64,000 nt of DNA from the human T2T-CHM13v2.0 reference genome, Homo sapiens. Positions 43,406 to 58,459 of this stretch are shown one piece after another. The DNA lies in NCBI RefSeq assembly GCF_009914755.1, contig NC_060928.1. One strand, 5' to 3'. Position 1 is the first letter of the stretch, and every line of letters starts with the position of its first letter. Under the pieces are notes generated by a model that worked only from the letters and a program-made list of their open reading frames with translations, ran no database searches and was not told the origin of the DNA. The translations under genes were made by a program, and so were the position numbers.

Positions 43406-43730
43406 GGCTGGGCATGGTGACTCACACTTCTGAGCCCAGCTCTTTGGGAGGCAACAGCAGGAGGATCACTGAGGCCAGGAGTTCAAGACCAGCCTGGGCA
43501 ACATGTTAAGTCTCTATTTTTACAAATAATTTAAAAAATTAGTTGGGCTAGTGTGGTGCACACCTGTAATCCCAGCTACTCAGGAGGCTAAGGTGGAAGG
43601 ATCACTTAAGCCCAGGAGTTTGAGGCTGTGATGAGCTATGATCACATGACTGCACTCCAACCTGGGCAGCAGAGCAAGACCCTGTCTCAAAAACAATTTT
43701 TAAAAAATTTTTTTAAATAAATAAATAAAT
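43406..43730 (+). mobile_element. AluJ
   Basis: gaggccaggagttcaagaccagcctgggcaac and gcccaggagtttgaggctg diagnostics. Confidence 0.93.
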
Positions 43731-44528
43731 GGAAAAATAGTAATCACTTTTTAACTTTACTTTTTAGTTTTAACATACAATACACACACTTCAGCTTTAT
43801 ATCCTTGTTCCCTGAACCTAGCAGGTTCATAGATTTCTTTCAGAGGTGGTCTAGAATGAAGCTCTAAAAAGCTGTGCAAAGACCAGGTAGCCTTCAGAAC
43901 AAACCAGTCAAACTTCCTGATGTTAATCATCAATGGAAGATCAGGTCCTTGAGAAGGAAGGAGGCATTTGAAAAGAAGGCCTTACACAATTTAAAATGAG
44001 GAAATGTTTATCCCACTTCCAGTCTCCTTATTTTGGGCTTCAAGCTCCCTTTGGTACTTTGAATGGAGAGGTTAAAGGTAAGCACGATTGCGTGGAGACA
44101 AAACTTGTTGTAGGAGGAAGGAATTCCTGCAAAGAACCCCTAGTTGAGGATGAGAACATTGCATACGTTAGTTTATCTAGTTTCATGACATTCATTTTCT
44201 CACTTTGATTTTCCCTGTGCTATTAGTAAGACTTCGTTTAAATGTTCTAGTGGGATCTAGAAATTGTTCCTGGAAAGTAAGAAGAAAATCTGCCCACATT
44301 TGTACCAGAATAGTAAAGGGAGATTTGTGCCCCTTCTAGACTGTCTAGGTGGCTATGAGGGCCAGTTACTTCTGCTCTCCAAGACAGAAATGTTGTCCCA
44401 CCTCAGGAAGGATTGCACTAGTGAACTACGATAAGTGGCAATTTGTATTTTTCACAGAAATGGACATTCATCTGATAAAGTTAAGAGGTTATAATATAGT
44501 GATAACAAGGACTACATTGTTTTTAGAA

Positions 44529-45222
44529 TAGTGGTTCTAACCCTCTCAGAATTAGTGCTACCTTTTCAAAACAATATTTAGCAATGGCCCCTTTACTACC
44601 CTGAAACGATATTCATAGGTTATAGAATTTATCTACACATATAATTTTAAAAAATCAATATAGAGTGTTAACTATGACATAAAGAAGTAAAAAGAAAATA
44701 ATTTATAATATAACATGTACAGTAATTCTATATGTAAATACATAGACTGTCTACACTGAAGACATAATGAAATAATCAGATATACCTATATATAGAGTCT
44801 GGTAAATGCAATAACTACAAATACAGGCTGATTAGGGAGATTTAAATTTTATGAGTGGCACTGACTCGATTGTTGATTTTCAGAAATAATGAATAACTCT
44901 TAAATGAAACAAAGTGTGTTCTTCCCTTAATGTACATTCCTGGATAATTCAGAATTTATTGAAACTATATAAAATACTTTGTGTTTATATATTAAACAGG
45001 GCAAATTCTGGGCTCAACAACAGTAAGTAGGCTTGTCACTTCTATAAATGCCCATTGTGAGATTTGGAAATTTTACTTTGGTGGGAATGTCCCATGCACT
45101 GCAGGGCATTTAGCCTCTTTGGACCCTATTATGCCAATTAATTGCCAGTGTCATTCCTAACCAATCTGACCAGCGGAAAGCACCCACAGATTTGTCAAAT
45201 GCCCCCCATTGAGAATAACTGC
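44529..45222. mobile_element. hAT-Charlie DNA transposon (MER20/MER20B-like)
   Basis: Degenerate termini tagtggttct...gagaataactg and a MER20-like terminal segment. Confidence 0.5.
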
Positions 45223-45524
45223 TTAAGAACTATAGCGTTTAGGAAGTGTTTTTACATATATTAAATTTACAAAGCAATTTCAAATATAGTATCTTATTTA
45301 ATCCTCCCCAAAACCTGTGAGGAGGACATTATTACTGTCATTTTAAGAATGAAAAAACTAGGGTTTTAAAGATGATGTGAGAAAACTCAGTCATTCACCG
45401 TAGCATATCCTTTTCTCCCAGACCCATCAGTCTGGAGCATAGGTAGCCCAGGTAGAATGAATGATGTCATTCAGCACATGACCCAGAAAACTCCATTACA
45501 TCTAGTTTGGCTATCTAGTCTAGG

Positions 45525-45728
45525 ACTGTGCATTATAATTGCCATTAGTCACATGTGACTATATAAATTTAAATTAATTTTAAAAAATGACAATGAAAAT
45601 ACAGTTTCTCAGTCACACTAGATGCATTTCAAATGCTCCATAGTTACATGTCACTAGTGGCTACCACATTGGACAGCACAGATATAGAACATTCCTGTTA
45701 TTGCTGAAAATTCTATTAGACAGCACTG
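45525..45728 (-). mobile_element. MER3-like hAT element
   Basis: ctagtggctaccacattggacagcacagatatagaacatt...ttctattagacagcactg. Confidence 0.75.
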
Positions 45729-48019
45729 ACAGTCTATTTCAATTTTTTGTTAAACTTTCAATTGCCTTCATATGGCCCATTCTTTCCTTCCTCTAAGCTG
45801 CTATCAATTTTACACGCACACACACACGTGCACACACACACACTATACTCAGCCCCTTCTTTGCACTTTTGTTTGTGTTGTTCTAGATCCAGAATGTCCT
45901 GTTTCTTCAACATTGAACTTATTTGCTTACATATTTGTCTCCCTTGCCAGACTATAACCTTTTTGGGAGCAGAACCATACCTTAATTCGTCTTCGCATCC
46001 CCAGTTCTCAGCTCAGTACCTGGCACACCGTCAATGCCTAACATCTACCAGTCGACACCACCCCACATGCATTTTCTTTTTGATCCTGATCTTGCATGGG
46101 TGACTGATAATGAAAGTATGTGTGCTGCATATAAAGCAGATGTAGTTACAATTAAACTTCAACTCCAGATTATAAATTAGGTTTAAATGAAAGTGTTTGG
46201 CACTTAGTAACTTCGTTTCATGTGCCCAGTACAATTGTGGAAATTTCACAGATATAGAAAGCACAGCTCTTGGCCATGAGCAGTTCTATTGCCATTGGAG
46301 AAACTAGGTGCAATATATGAAATGTCAGGATATCATTAGGCATCATTTAGAAGAGTTTGTGATTGAAAAGCATAAACAAAATGTTACGAATTCAGAATTG
46401 TACAGTGTTGTTAAAGGGTAGGTCTTGGAAGATAAAACTTTGCTGGAAAAGGTGACTCACTTATAGTGGGTCTTAAAAGAGAAGGAGGATCTGCATAAAG
46501 ATAGAAAGACAACTGTGGCTCTAGTGAAGAGCATTGTAGGTAGAAAGAAAGCATTTAATCAAGAAATAAATTAATGTGATATTGGCAAGAGAAGGGATGA
46601 GACAAAAATACATTTTAGTATTTGCTAAGTGCCTAATCTATGCTCTTGACATAGATGGAGAGGTGAGGAAAGGGCCTTGCTTCATAGAGGCGGAAACTAT
46701 GAGTTCTGCCTGAAAATATTCACTTTCCTCAAATTTCCCTCTAGTTGTGCCAACTATTTGAGTTCTTTCCATAAGAGTTAGCCCACTATTTCCTGGATCC
46801 AATTTTGTAGTACTTGACCACCCACACCTCAATCAGATGGAGGAAAAAAAAAAAAAAGCAGAATGCAGGCATAATGGAAGCAGACGCCACAGGATCAGGC
46901 TAAGGGAGGAGCCAGAAGCATCCCGCCCAGCCCCATGGGAGAGTTAGATATCAGACACATGGAAATAATGTATCAAAATCGGCAGAATAGGACAGTAACC
47001 GCCACAAAGGTAAGAACAGAGTTTTGGAGTTCCCTAAGCCACGCTTGAGAGTCCCACCTCAGGAGTCTAAGCCAAAGACAAATAAAATTGTTCAGATTGC
47101 TTAGAAAGCAAATGTCATGTCTTGCAATCAGCCACAGTTCTCAGGTTTTTTTGCCTCTCTTGGGTTAAGATTACCATGTATTAGGATTAAGGAGTCCCAG
47201 AATTGTGTGAACTTGGGCCAGCAGGTTATTCAACCGTGACGGACCTAATTTTTCCCTTAAAAATACTGATGAGTGAAAGAGGAAGTTTATTTAGGTCATT
47301 CTTATGGTGCATAAAAAGAGGCAATTTAAAGGTAAATATGAGCCAGACTATGGGGCTAGAATAAGGAAACCACTGAGGAAGCCCCGCAGACTCTGAAGAA
47401 GGGCACAGATGAAAATAGTGGCAACCAGCTGCTGTGGGTGGACTTCCAGAGGACTTGTTTTCTTGGAAGTTGCTACCTGAGAGCTGCACACTGTTTCTGT
47501 ACTTGGAGTAGTGCAGAATGAGTGTAATCACCGCTCATTCAGGCACTCAATTTTAATTTCACATCGTTTACATTATGTTGATTGATTACAGCCAAGTCAT
47601 TCACACAGCATTCATCTGCTCAGCTTTCTAAGGCCCATAACAAGGGGTGGCTCATTCCCTAAGAACTCTCCACAGAATTCCTTCAGAATTATTTATTATT
47701 TTAAAAAATTATATTAAAGTCACCAGGTTTTAGAGACCTGCTAAAAGGATGGCAATGTGGTCTATCTGCAATCTGAGTTATTAAGAGATATATGAGCAAA
47801 TATAAAAGTGTTTAAAATATCTGGAGAAAAAAATCAAAATATGTTCCCACATATTGGATGCAAATCAAGTCCAGAAACAGAAACAATGAGTGACACTAGA
47901 TTTTTAAAAATAACTTGTATCTCTAAAATTTCTGGACTATAGTGAGTAGAAAGAGTGCCATATTAGGAGTTAGAAAGCCTAGATTCTAGCACTCATAGTC
48001 TGATTTTCCTCATCCTTAT

Positions 48020-48550
48020 ATAGATGAAAATATATGTCTACATAAAAACTTTTACGTTAATGTTGATAGCAGCGTTATTTATAATAGCAAAAATTAGAAG
48101 CGATACAAAGGCTCATCAGCTGATGAATAAATAAAATGTGGTCTATCCACACAATGGAATATTGTTCATCAATAGAAAGGAATAATTACTCATCCATGCT
48201 ACAACATGCATGAACCTTGAAAACAATACTCTAAGTGAGGAAGCCAGTCACAAAAATCTGTATATTATTTCATTTATGTGAAATGTCCAAAATAAGTAAA
48301 TTCATAGAGATAGAACATAGATTAGTGGTTGCTTGGGAATGGGACAGGGCCAGAGTGGTGTGGGAGCAGAAATGGGGAGTAACTGCTAATGAGAATGGGG
48401 ATTCTTTGGGGGATATTGAAATGTTCTAAAATCAGATTGTGGTGATGGTTGCACAACTCTGAATATGCTAAAAAACCCTGAACTGAGTACTTTGAATGGG
48501 AGAATTTTATGGCATATGAAATATAGCTCAATAAAACTATTTTTAAAAAC
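48020..48550 (+). mobile_element. Old L1M 3' end
   Basis: catgaaccttgaaaac...attagtggttgc...gatggttgcacaactctgaat...ctcaataaa. Confidence 0.85.
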
Positions 48551-51500
48551 TAGGGATTGTGAAAAATACCAAGAATATGAGTGTAAGCACCCCATAAAGT
48601 GTGCAATGTTCTATATGGTAGGAGTCACTATTGTCTTCACCTAAGGAAACTTGCTGGGAGAGGAAGTGGCAAATTGCCGGTAACTAAGGGAATAGACCCC
48701 AAAGGAGAAGGACATGGGAATGACTGCTCTATAAAAGTAAGAATGAATTAAAACATCATAATAAGGCAATGTGAAAAAATGACAGCACTTTAATTATTTT
48801 TCCTTCCAGGTTTACCTTGTGTGTCATACTCTAAACAAGATGTAATTGGCTTGTAGAAAATAACAAATACGCATTTTAGATACTTTTTTTGTTTCAGAGT
48901 CACAAAGTCCATAAATCATTCCTCAACTGTCCTAAAGACAAAAGATACGCAGAGGATTCAAGTCAAGAAATGTTGATGTCCTACTGGGTGTTAATTCTAC
49001 CTCTTAATCAAGATCTGATTATCAAAAAGGACAACAGAACATTAAAATGCTATAAAGATTTGAAATGTTTCAGTCTTCTCCAGAATTCACACTGTAAATG
49101 TCCTCATTATGACATTCACCAGAGCAACAAATTTGAGATGTTGCTGCAAAAATTCTGTAGAGCAGAATCTTTGCAAATTATGATGAATAATCCAAGTCCA
49201 TATACTTGCTCTATAAAGCTCTGTAATATCAAGGTACTCCAACTCTGCTTCTGCTTCCTCAAAAACATACTATTTTAAAGAACAGTAAAAGGTAATTAAA
49301 AATAGTTTATAGGTTAATCATACTTGGTCTTATATTTGTCTAATGCAGACACTGGTGTGCTGGTGTTATAGCTGTTAGACATTATCATGAGCCAAAAAAA
49401 TGAATCAGATATTTAATGGAAATTTTCTTGTAAAATTACAAAAATGCAAGCCAATAATACTAAACTATAATAAAATTCTGAGCAGTGATACTACGGTGTT
49501 TTTTTTTTCCCTGAAGGAGTAGGTATTCTATAAAAGAATGCTTAAATACTATGGTCATTCTGTTATAAATAAATATATTTCATAGACTGTTCTACATAGC
49601 TGATAGATGAATTTGCTCTGTTTCATCATTTCTGTACATTAACGGCATGGAGCAAGAAGCGAAACTCTAGTTATCACTAACCAGTTCTGTCTATATCAAA
49701 ATTTAAAATTCCTTACAGCAGAAAAGTCAGAAGCTTAAAAGCCTAAATAGTTAACAGCAGTAGTTTCCGTTCTACGTAGCACTATGGTGCTTTACAGATT
49801 ATTTCTCTTTAAAAGTAAGGCTTTGTCTTTGGTTAAAATGGAAAGTCCCTGGAAAGGCTGAGTAATATGCCTTATCAATTATGTGAGTCAAGGTGTAATG
49901 AGTTTAGCAGCTCCTTACCTGAGAGCAGGCTTCAATGATGCTAGCAGGGTACTGGAGTGCCCTATGACTACACTGAACTTCTTAGGGCCGAGAGAAAGGA
50001 CCATGGTGGAGCAAGGGGGTCTTCACAAAAGGTTGAGTAAGAGTAACCAAGTTGCTTTGATAAGATTTACCTCAGATTAATAAAAGGGAGAACAGAATCA
50101 CAGAGCCTTCAGAGGCTACTTCAGCTCAGGGAGTTAGGAGGTATATATAAGGAACTAGAAATAGAAAACCTTTGTTTCTATTTGTTTCCCAAAGTTACTA
50201 ACATAAGCATGCTCATTTTTTGTTTTCCCTCAAAGCCTAGTAGTTCTATACCCTTATATTTAGGAACAGCAAAAAGGGGTGATACCTGCGAGACTTCCTA
50301 CCACTTGAGCCGGTCTTGGGGAGAGCTTATCTCCAAGCAGAGCCTATCACCTGGCATGTGTGTCCGTGTGTCTGTGTGTCTGTATCTCTCTGTGTCTGTG
50401 TGTACTGAAGGAAGCAGGAACACAGTACAGGGAAGCTACTTGGCCTGGAGCTTCCACACACAAAGGGCCTCAAATTTACACTTTGGAAGTTGTCTCCAAG
50501 AAAGAATATGCACATAATCACATATAATCACATACGCTGACCAGTGGAAAGAAAAAGACAATCACCATTTGATTTTAATCCCATGTCCCACGATCCAACC
50601 ACATAGCCTGTGTAAGATCTACATTAATATTTTTAATAAATCCTTTAATTATCCCATGAATAATAACAATGCATATGTTAAAAGTGCTAAATTGCTAAAT
50701 AATTCTTATAATCTTATTCTGAAATTCATTTATCCATTAATATACCAGGAGCTTTCAAAAAATGGAAGTAGCTTATGTCCATCCCAAGCTTTGAGAGGCT
50801 CTGATACTGAGAAATTGGATGGATAATGGCCACTGCTAAGAAGAGAGGAAAATAAACTTAACTCCTTTGGGCCTGCAGTTATGGAAAAAGGGGAACAAAG
50901 AACTGCCCTGGTATGAGAAGGGACCTGGGAATCTTCAGTAGAAAGCTCCTTATGAGGTTCACTGGCATTATTGTTTAGCCACTACATCACAAATCTACTT
51001 CTGTTTAATTATTCTAATATTTTTAATGCAACTTTTTTTATTTGCTATGTCCACATAATCCAGAACATCAATATAGACTATAGTCTTGATCTCAAATCAG
51101 CTAGGCACTGAGAGTTATAACAAAAACTATTAGGTCCCTTCTTGAAGGAGCCTACCGATAGCTTGATCATTACAGGTAAGAAGATAACTAGCAATACAAG
51201 GCAATGATTAACTCATAAGCACCGTGCTGGTGGCCTAGTCAACAAGAACTATGGATGGGAGTTCATTCAGAAGAAAACTTCTGATCAGAGAGAAAGCTGC
51301 GGGTGAGACAGAATTTCATCTAAGTTGGGCCTCTTCACTTTTGACTGTGCGTGTGTGTTTTCCTCTAGACCGGATATTCTTGTGCATTTTTGTAGAAAGC
51401 CAAAAGGAAGAAAATGAAGACAAAAACGGTGAAGATGCTGGAGAAAGACAGGATGATTGAATATCCAGGAGGGTGAGAATAGGTGGCAAGGTAAGCCTTT

Positions 51501-52250
51501 CCTTGGAGTTGAAGGAATGGAGGCAAGGTATAGAGAAAAACAGATGTTTAGGGTAGGAGAACAGAGGGGCTGAGGCAATTCATCAGGTAAATGGGAAACA
51601 TGCATTCAATGGAAAGATTCAGGAAAGAGTTTGTAACATGAAAAGGGAGAAAAATTCAAGAAATTGTTAAGATAAATATGTGAATAGATTAAGAAGAGGT
51701 GAATAAAAGAGGTACTTAGCAGCAGTGCGGAGCTACCCAATTGCCTGTAAAAACTTTCACAGGATTGAATGGCTGTAACTCCAGCAGTGTCCCTGGCATC
51801 ACTTTTCCTGAGCTGGAACCTGGAGTCTCGTTTGATTCATGGATGGTGAATAATGTGGCCAATGCTGTGAAAGCAAAGAGGTTGATCTTTGAATTCTTTT
51901 TCTTATTGGCCTGCTACCTGGTTCCTATCCTTTTAGGGTGGAGACAGGGGCTTGCTAAAGAAAGACTCTCTACATCAGCCTCCCCTTATCTCAGGCTTTG
52001 CAGAAGATGTGTTGATGTTAGTCTGCCCTTGCGGTAGATATTTTTTAAGTGGCTTATGGCTATAACCATCTCTTCCACCAGTTAAAATACAGTTTCTATT
52101 TTTACTTTTATTATGTCCATACAGATTACAAAGTAAAGCTGTTTCCTAAATTCAGAATTGGTGACAAAGGAGTTATATTTAAACCTATCACTCAGCAAAA
52201 ACACCTATTGGTTTTACCTAAAGAGCTTAGTAGTATAATAATGACTTAGG

Positions 52251-52544
<294 letters not shown>

Positions 52545-53824
52545 TATATATAGTGACTTAGGATTGAGATTCCTAATATCCTTTCATGTGCAAACTCTGA
52601 TTCTTAACTAAGATTCAATTAACAGGAAAGAAGATGTAACATAAAATTAAAACTCTATAATGGACTTGCATTGCTTTAATCTCCATACTTAATTGACACT
52701 AAATAGTTTACTTGCAGAAGAGAGATTCTGAGTACTATGTTTACACAGTACACTGATTATGATGCATAGAATTTTTTTGTAATAAAAAGGAACAGATTAA
52801 TCCATTCTGTGTGACCGTAGCAGCCTACTGTGAACCACCCATTTATATCACTTTGTCGTGACCTTTGCTTCAGAAGCCTGACTGGCAAAGTAGTGCAATG
52901 GGTGCCCCTTTCTATAGTTAAGAAAAACTGCCAGTTACATACAAAGATATATTTTCCTGTCAGTTGATTCAAATGCAAAAAAAATACAGTCACCCAGATG
53001 ACTACAGATGCCAAGTCACAAATTTGATTAAATTCTGAATGAAGCGAAGCATCATTCAGGCATAAACAATGCACAGCCAAGACCAGTCCTACCTCCTCTG
53101 TCAATAAGTATCGAACTCTCACTGGAAATTTTACCTGGAGCACTTACTAGACTCGCCAAGCAGAGGGTGATGTGATTTATATTTTTAGCCCTGACTAATG
53201 CCACAATTACTTGAAATATAGTATGCTTCCACACAGCTATATTTTTCTAACTAGTATTTTCCTTTAACAAAGATAAGATATAGTTCATATCATGTTACTC
53301 ACTTTAATGTCATAAAGTTAGGCTTAGAATAAATTAGTTCTACAAATGGAATTTTAAGTAAGAGTAAAAGCATTGTAGGAAAAAAGAAGCACAGCAAGGT
53401 TCCTGAACCCATGGAACAAAATTTAATAAAGGCTAGTGTACATAACAGCAGGCAGGACAAACATAATAGCATGGATCAGGGAGGCCCAGACACAGCCAAA
53501 ATGGACCGGCAGACATGAACCACCAAGAGAACCTGGGGCCTGCCTTGCAGCCACAGAGCTGAGGGATCTTGAGCAGAAGGAACAAGGTGGAGTCACCCAG
53601 ATGCATCTTCCCCATGTATAAGTGGGAGGGAAAACCACTTTAAATCTTCCTTTGAACTTTTGCTTTATCCCAACTCCACATTCTCAGCTTTAGGAATTTT
53701 AATGATGACATTTCACATTGCAACCGAGCATACACACACACATATGTATAGAGCTGGTATATTCTAGTGTTTTCTATTCTGTTATATCCTATTTCATCCT
53801 TTTAAAATTCTGGTTAAGTCACAT

Positions 53825-54240
53825 GCTATGTGTTAAATTGTGTCCCCACCCAAATCTTACAGGTTGAAGTCCTAACACCCTATACATTAGAAGGCAGCTT
53901 TATTTGGTGATTGTCTTTTTTCAGAAGTAATCAAGTTAAAATGAGGTCATTAGGGTGAGCCCTAATCCAGTATGACTGGTATCCTTATAAATAGGTGAAA
54001 CTTGAACACAGTGGTGTGCAAGAAGGATAATGCTGTGAAGAGACATAGGACAAGACAGCCATCTGCAAGCCAAGGAGATAAGTCTAGAATGGATCTTTCC
54101 CTCACAGCCCTCAGAAGGAAGCAACCTTGCAGACACCTTGATTTCAGACTTCTAACCTCCCAAACTGTGAGAGACAATACATGTCTGTTGTTTAAGCCAC
54201 CCAGTTTGTGACTAGCAAACTAAGACCTAACAAACTAATA
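53825..54240 (+). mobile_element. MLT1A/B/C-type solo LTR
   Basis: gttgaagtcctaac...ccctaatccagtatgactggtatccttataa...tttaagccacccagtttgtg. Confidence 0.85.
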
Positions 54241-54736
54241 TAGAACACTAAACTGATTTCATGACTCATTAATGGGCCTTGAAGAGCAGTTTGGGAAAAA
54301 TGAATCCAGTCCCACTGGGCTCTCCAACATCCTTTGTTCTTTGAGCATGTGCTTGAATACTTGCAGTGACAGAGAACTTACTACCTCCCAAGGCAGGGGA
54401 TTTCATCTCTGGGGATCTCCAGTACAGCTAAAATCTGATGCCTGTAACTTTGTCCCACTTCTCAATTTCCACCCCTAGGAGTCATATACAGAAGTCCAAC
54501 TCCTCCTCATCATCATCATGACTTTCAACCTGGCATTTTGTATTCTAGTGCTACCATATGTGTCCTCACTGTCTACCATAAGTGCTCTGCTGTCTTCCCA
54601 TTGTTTTCCATTCATCCCTTGAACAGGTACAAACCCATTTCTTCACCCTCATGCTGACCTCTCCTCCAAAGTGAGATCACCTGCCCCTCCTGCCAGCTAA
54701 ATCCCAGCCCACCCTCACTCCTCACCTTCAAAAATC

Positions 54737-55035
54737 TTTTTTTTTTCTTTTGAGACAGAGTCTTGCTCTGTCGCCCAGGCTGTTGGAGTACAATGGCGCA
54801 ATCTCAGCTCACTGCAACCTCCACCACCAGGTCCAAATAATTCTTCTGCCTCAGCCTCCTGAGTATCTGGGATTACAGGTGTGCTCTACAACACCTGGCT
54901 AATTTTGGTATTTTTAGTAGAGATGGGGTTTCACCAGGTCAGCCAGGCTGGTCTTGAACTCCTGACCTTAGGTGATCCACCCGCCTCAGCCTCCCAAAGT
55001 GTTGGGATTACAGGCATGAGCCACCGCACCTGGCC
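54737..55035 (-). mobile_element. Alu (AluS)
   Basis: Antisense dimer with T tail. Confidence 0.96.
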
Positions 55036-55399
55036 CACAAATCATTTTCTGATCCTGCCAACACAGATCAATGTCTTCCTTTGTGAACATCTAAAGCACT
55101 GTGCTAAATAATAATTTAAAACTGGTTCATAGGTTCATATTTATTATCATTTAGGAAAACTGACTTTTGACAATATCTACTGAATTTTTCATTTCATATG
55201 GGGAGCTTGATGAAGCAGCAGCTTCAAGTGGTAAATCCTTGGTTGACATGTCTGAGTTAGTATCTTTGTAACTACCTTCTAACCTTTTTCTTTTATTCAA
55301 ACCAGATTTTTCCCAAAGTATTTTTCTGACCTACCTTCTCTGACCAGAGGTAAGTAAAAGCTCTGAATCAACAACTGGGGAAATAATTATGGACTCTTG

Positions 55400-57090
55400 C
55401 AAATCTGAAAGTGGCCTGCTGAAAGAATTTTGTAGACCCCTAACGCCTCTCTTCCCATCTGTTCTTTCCCCTCCCCTCTCTTTATCCTTATTCTAGCCAC
55501 TATCTGGCATGATCCTGCTACTTTTATGGTTTTAACCACCAATGATATTCTGATGATGCTCTCATATTCTTCTCCAGCCCAGACCTCTTTGTGGAGCTCT
55601 ACCCCCAACCTGTCTGGTACCTGAGCTCACAGACCCCTCAAACTCTACATGTCCAAAATGGAACCCATCATCTTCCTACCTTCCCCAGTAGCTCCCACCT
55701 TAGGGAATGACCTCATCATCTGCCCATCTGCCCAAGCTGGAAACATGGATATAACTCTAACACCTCTCTCACAGTCAATCACAAACTACTGTGGGTTTTA
55801 CCTTCTTTCTATTTCTCAGATTCACTTCTTTCATTTTGAACCCTGGGCATTGCCTAATTCAAGCTCTTGTTACTCCTTGCTTAGGTTAACGCATCACCTC
55901 CAGTTGGTCTCTTGGCTTCTGTCTTCCTCCACGCGATCCATTTCCCCTGCAGTTTGAGTGATATTTCCCAAATGTTAAATGATTATATCATTTTTGTATC
56001 AGTCAGGAACCATCCAGGAAAAAAATGACTCTGAAAAGCAAATGGAACTAAATACTGAAAATAGATTACACAGGTGATGGAAGAGCTTGGAAGCGAAAGA
56101 GAGGATGGAGAGGCAGCCCAGGGAATAGCAACAGCAGCAGAGCCACTACCAGCCCAAGGGTAGAGGAACAAAGGGAAGTGGGATTATTACTGAAGGCCTG
56201 AGTCTGGGATCACCCAGCAGAAGTGGGACCCTATCCAGAGATGGGGTCCCAGGAGAGATATAGTTGCAGCTGGTATTGCTGCCTGACGTGGAAAGTCGGG
56301 GTGCGGTGGTGGTGGGGGACCCCTTGATTTCTGCTTTCCCGTCACCATGCAACTTCCCAGTTATATCCCCCTTTGGCCAAACCCAGCCAGATGCCAGTAG
56401 ATACTAGAACCTGAGAAATGTAGCCTTCAGAAACCAAACAGAGCAGTACAGGGGAAGAACTACAAAAGGATCTGGGGCACAAAGGCCCAGAATTAGGTGA
56501 CTTCTCCTCTAGAAATTTTACAGTGTTCCCCTAAAGCCTTTGGCACAAAGTCCAATTGCTTGCTATGGAGGACAAGACTATGCACTCTTGCTGTGGCTCC
56601 TGCTTGTCTGTAGGGTCACCTTTTACCTGGCGTACCGACCCTGCACTATCCTCACACTAAGCTCATGCTCCCACCTGGCTCTCTACCAGCAGTTACATGC
56701 CAACTCTCTCTCACTGCTGTGCCTTGACACATGCTACTCTCTAAACTAGAATCCACTCCCCACCTTTCCTCAGTTTCACACACACAGCTCCTACCCCAAC
56801 ACCAGTCAAGCAGCAGTGCACTCGTCAGCTGTGGAGAAGCCTTCTGGAACCTCTCACTCCATGAGCTCCCCGGTCTGAATGGGAGCCCTTCTATGGGTTT
56901 CCACAGCACCCTGTGTTCATCTTCCACATTGAATTATCCTCTTATTACTGAAATTGTCAGCTTTCTGCTCTTCCTCATTAGAATGTAAACTCCTTAAAGA
57001 TAAGAAGAGTATCTTATTCACCTTCTCACTTACAATGCTAAGCATAGTGCTTAGTGCATCTAGTAAACACTTGCTGAGTAAATGCATAAA
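55400..57090 (-). mobile_element. Degenerate L2, probably interrupted by an old LTR at about 55995-56480
   Basis: ctccagcccagacctct...aaactctacatgtccaaaatggaa...agaatgtaaactcctt...tagtaaacacttgctgagtaaatg. Confidence 0.55.
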
Positions 57091-57731
57091 TTTGGTTTTA
57101 AGGAGAGTTAAACTTCACTCAGGATGGCAGGGCCAGTTCTACTTAAGACTTATAACTTTGTTTTTTAACCACAAACTTATTTTTAAAATTTACTCGAAAT
57201 ATTTTTCATGTCAGAAAAGGTTTTTGTTTGTTTGTTGTTTTCCTTTCTGGAAACCAGGGAATCCCTACCATAGATTTTTGGGATATGATTTTAAGACTGA
57301 AAACCATCTAAAAATAAGAGGTGTGAAAGCTAAGAGGTAAGCAGCATTTTAATGCCCTCCAAACTATTTAAGGGTAATAACTTTTTAAACAATTATTTAA
57401 TTTAACAAATAATAATTTTTAATTCTCATGCATGTTCCAATTCATAATAAAGCAGTGGTTTTCAAAAAGTGGTCCATGGAAACTTGGGTATCCCAAGGTC
57501 AAAACTATTTTTATAATAATGCTAGGACATTTTTTTCCTTTTACACTGTCCTGACATATACATTTATGGCACAAAAGCAATGGTAGTGCTATTATCTTAA
57601 AATGAACTTTGGTAATGACACTAACTGTACTAGTAGTCACTGTGTCCTTTACCACCACATACTTGTAGAAAAAAAAGATGAAAGTTTTACTTTAAAATAT
57701 CCTTTATGAAGCAGTGAAAATTACTACTCTT

Positions 57732-58030
57732 GGCCGGGCACGGTGGCTCATGCCTGTAATCCCAGCACTTTGGGAGGCTGAGGCAGGTGGATCACAAGGT
57801 CAGGAGATTGAGACCATCCTGGCTAACATGGTGAAACCCTGTCTCTACTAAAAATACAAAAAAACTTAGCCGGGCGTGGTGGTGGGCGCCTGTAGTCCCA
57901 GCTACTCAGGAGGCTGAGGCAGGAGAATGGTGTGAACCCGGGAGGCAGAGCTTACTGTGAGCCAAGATCGCGCCACTGCACTCCAGCCTGGGTGACAGAG
58001 TGAGACTCCATCTCAAAAAAGAAAAAAAAA
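57732..58030 (+). mobile_element. AluY
   Basis: gagaccatcctggctaac, tgtagtccc and gagaatggtgtgaaccc diagnostics; TSD aaaatta(c/t)tactctt. Confidence 0.95.
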
Positions 58031-58459
58031 TTATTACTCTTATTAAATATTGACTCTTGAGTAAATATCTTTTTAGTATTTGGTATGATGAAATTGGAAG
58101 TATACGTATTATAAAACAAAACACTTCTGTTGCCTACTAAAGTGTGATGGTTGCCTTTAATAAAGCTTCTTTGTGGTTCAGTTGCAAGTGAACTGGCCAC
58201 TTATTCCAAAAAATATCATTTTTACTTGAAAGAACAACTGACAAACAGACTTGGATATTAAGCAGGTATTTTCTTAAATATAAACAAAGTAAGCCTCTCA
58301 CTTTAAAAAGCACCTGGCAATATTTGTTGCTAATTGTGAAATGCACAGTTTCAAGCAAAATTTTTGAATACTCTTATTTGCCATCATGAACTTGACCACT
58401 TCCCAATATTTAGGAACTTTTCTAATGAGATTGGTGGTCAGAAAAATTATTTCTCTGAA

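Noticed and set aside
49760-49800. GTTTCCGT start resembling tRNA-Val
   Set aside because: No A or B box and no cloverleaf follows.
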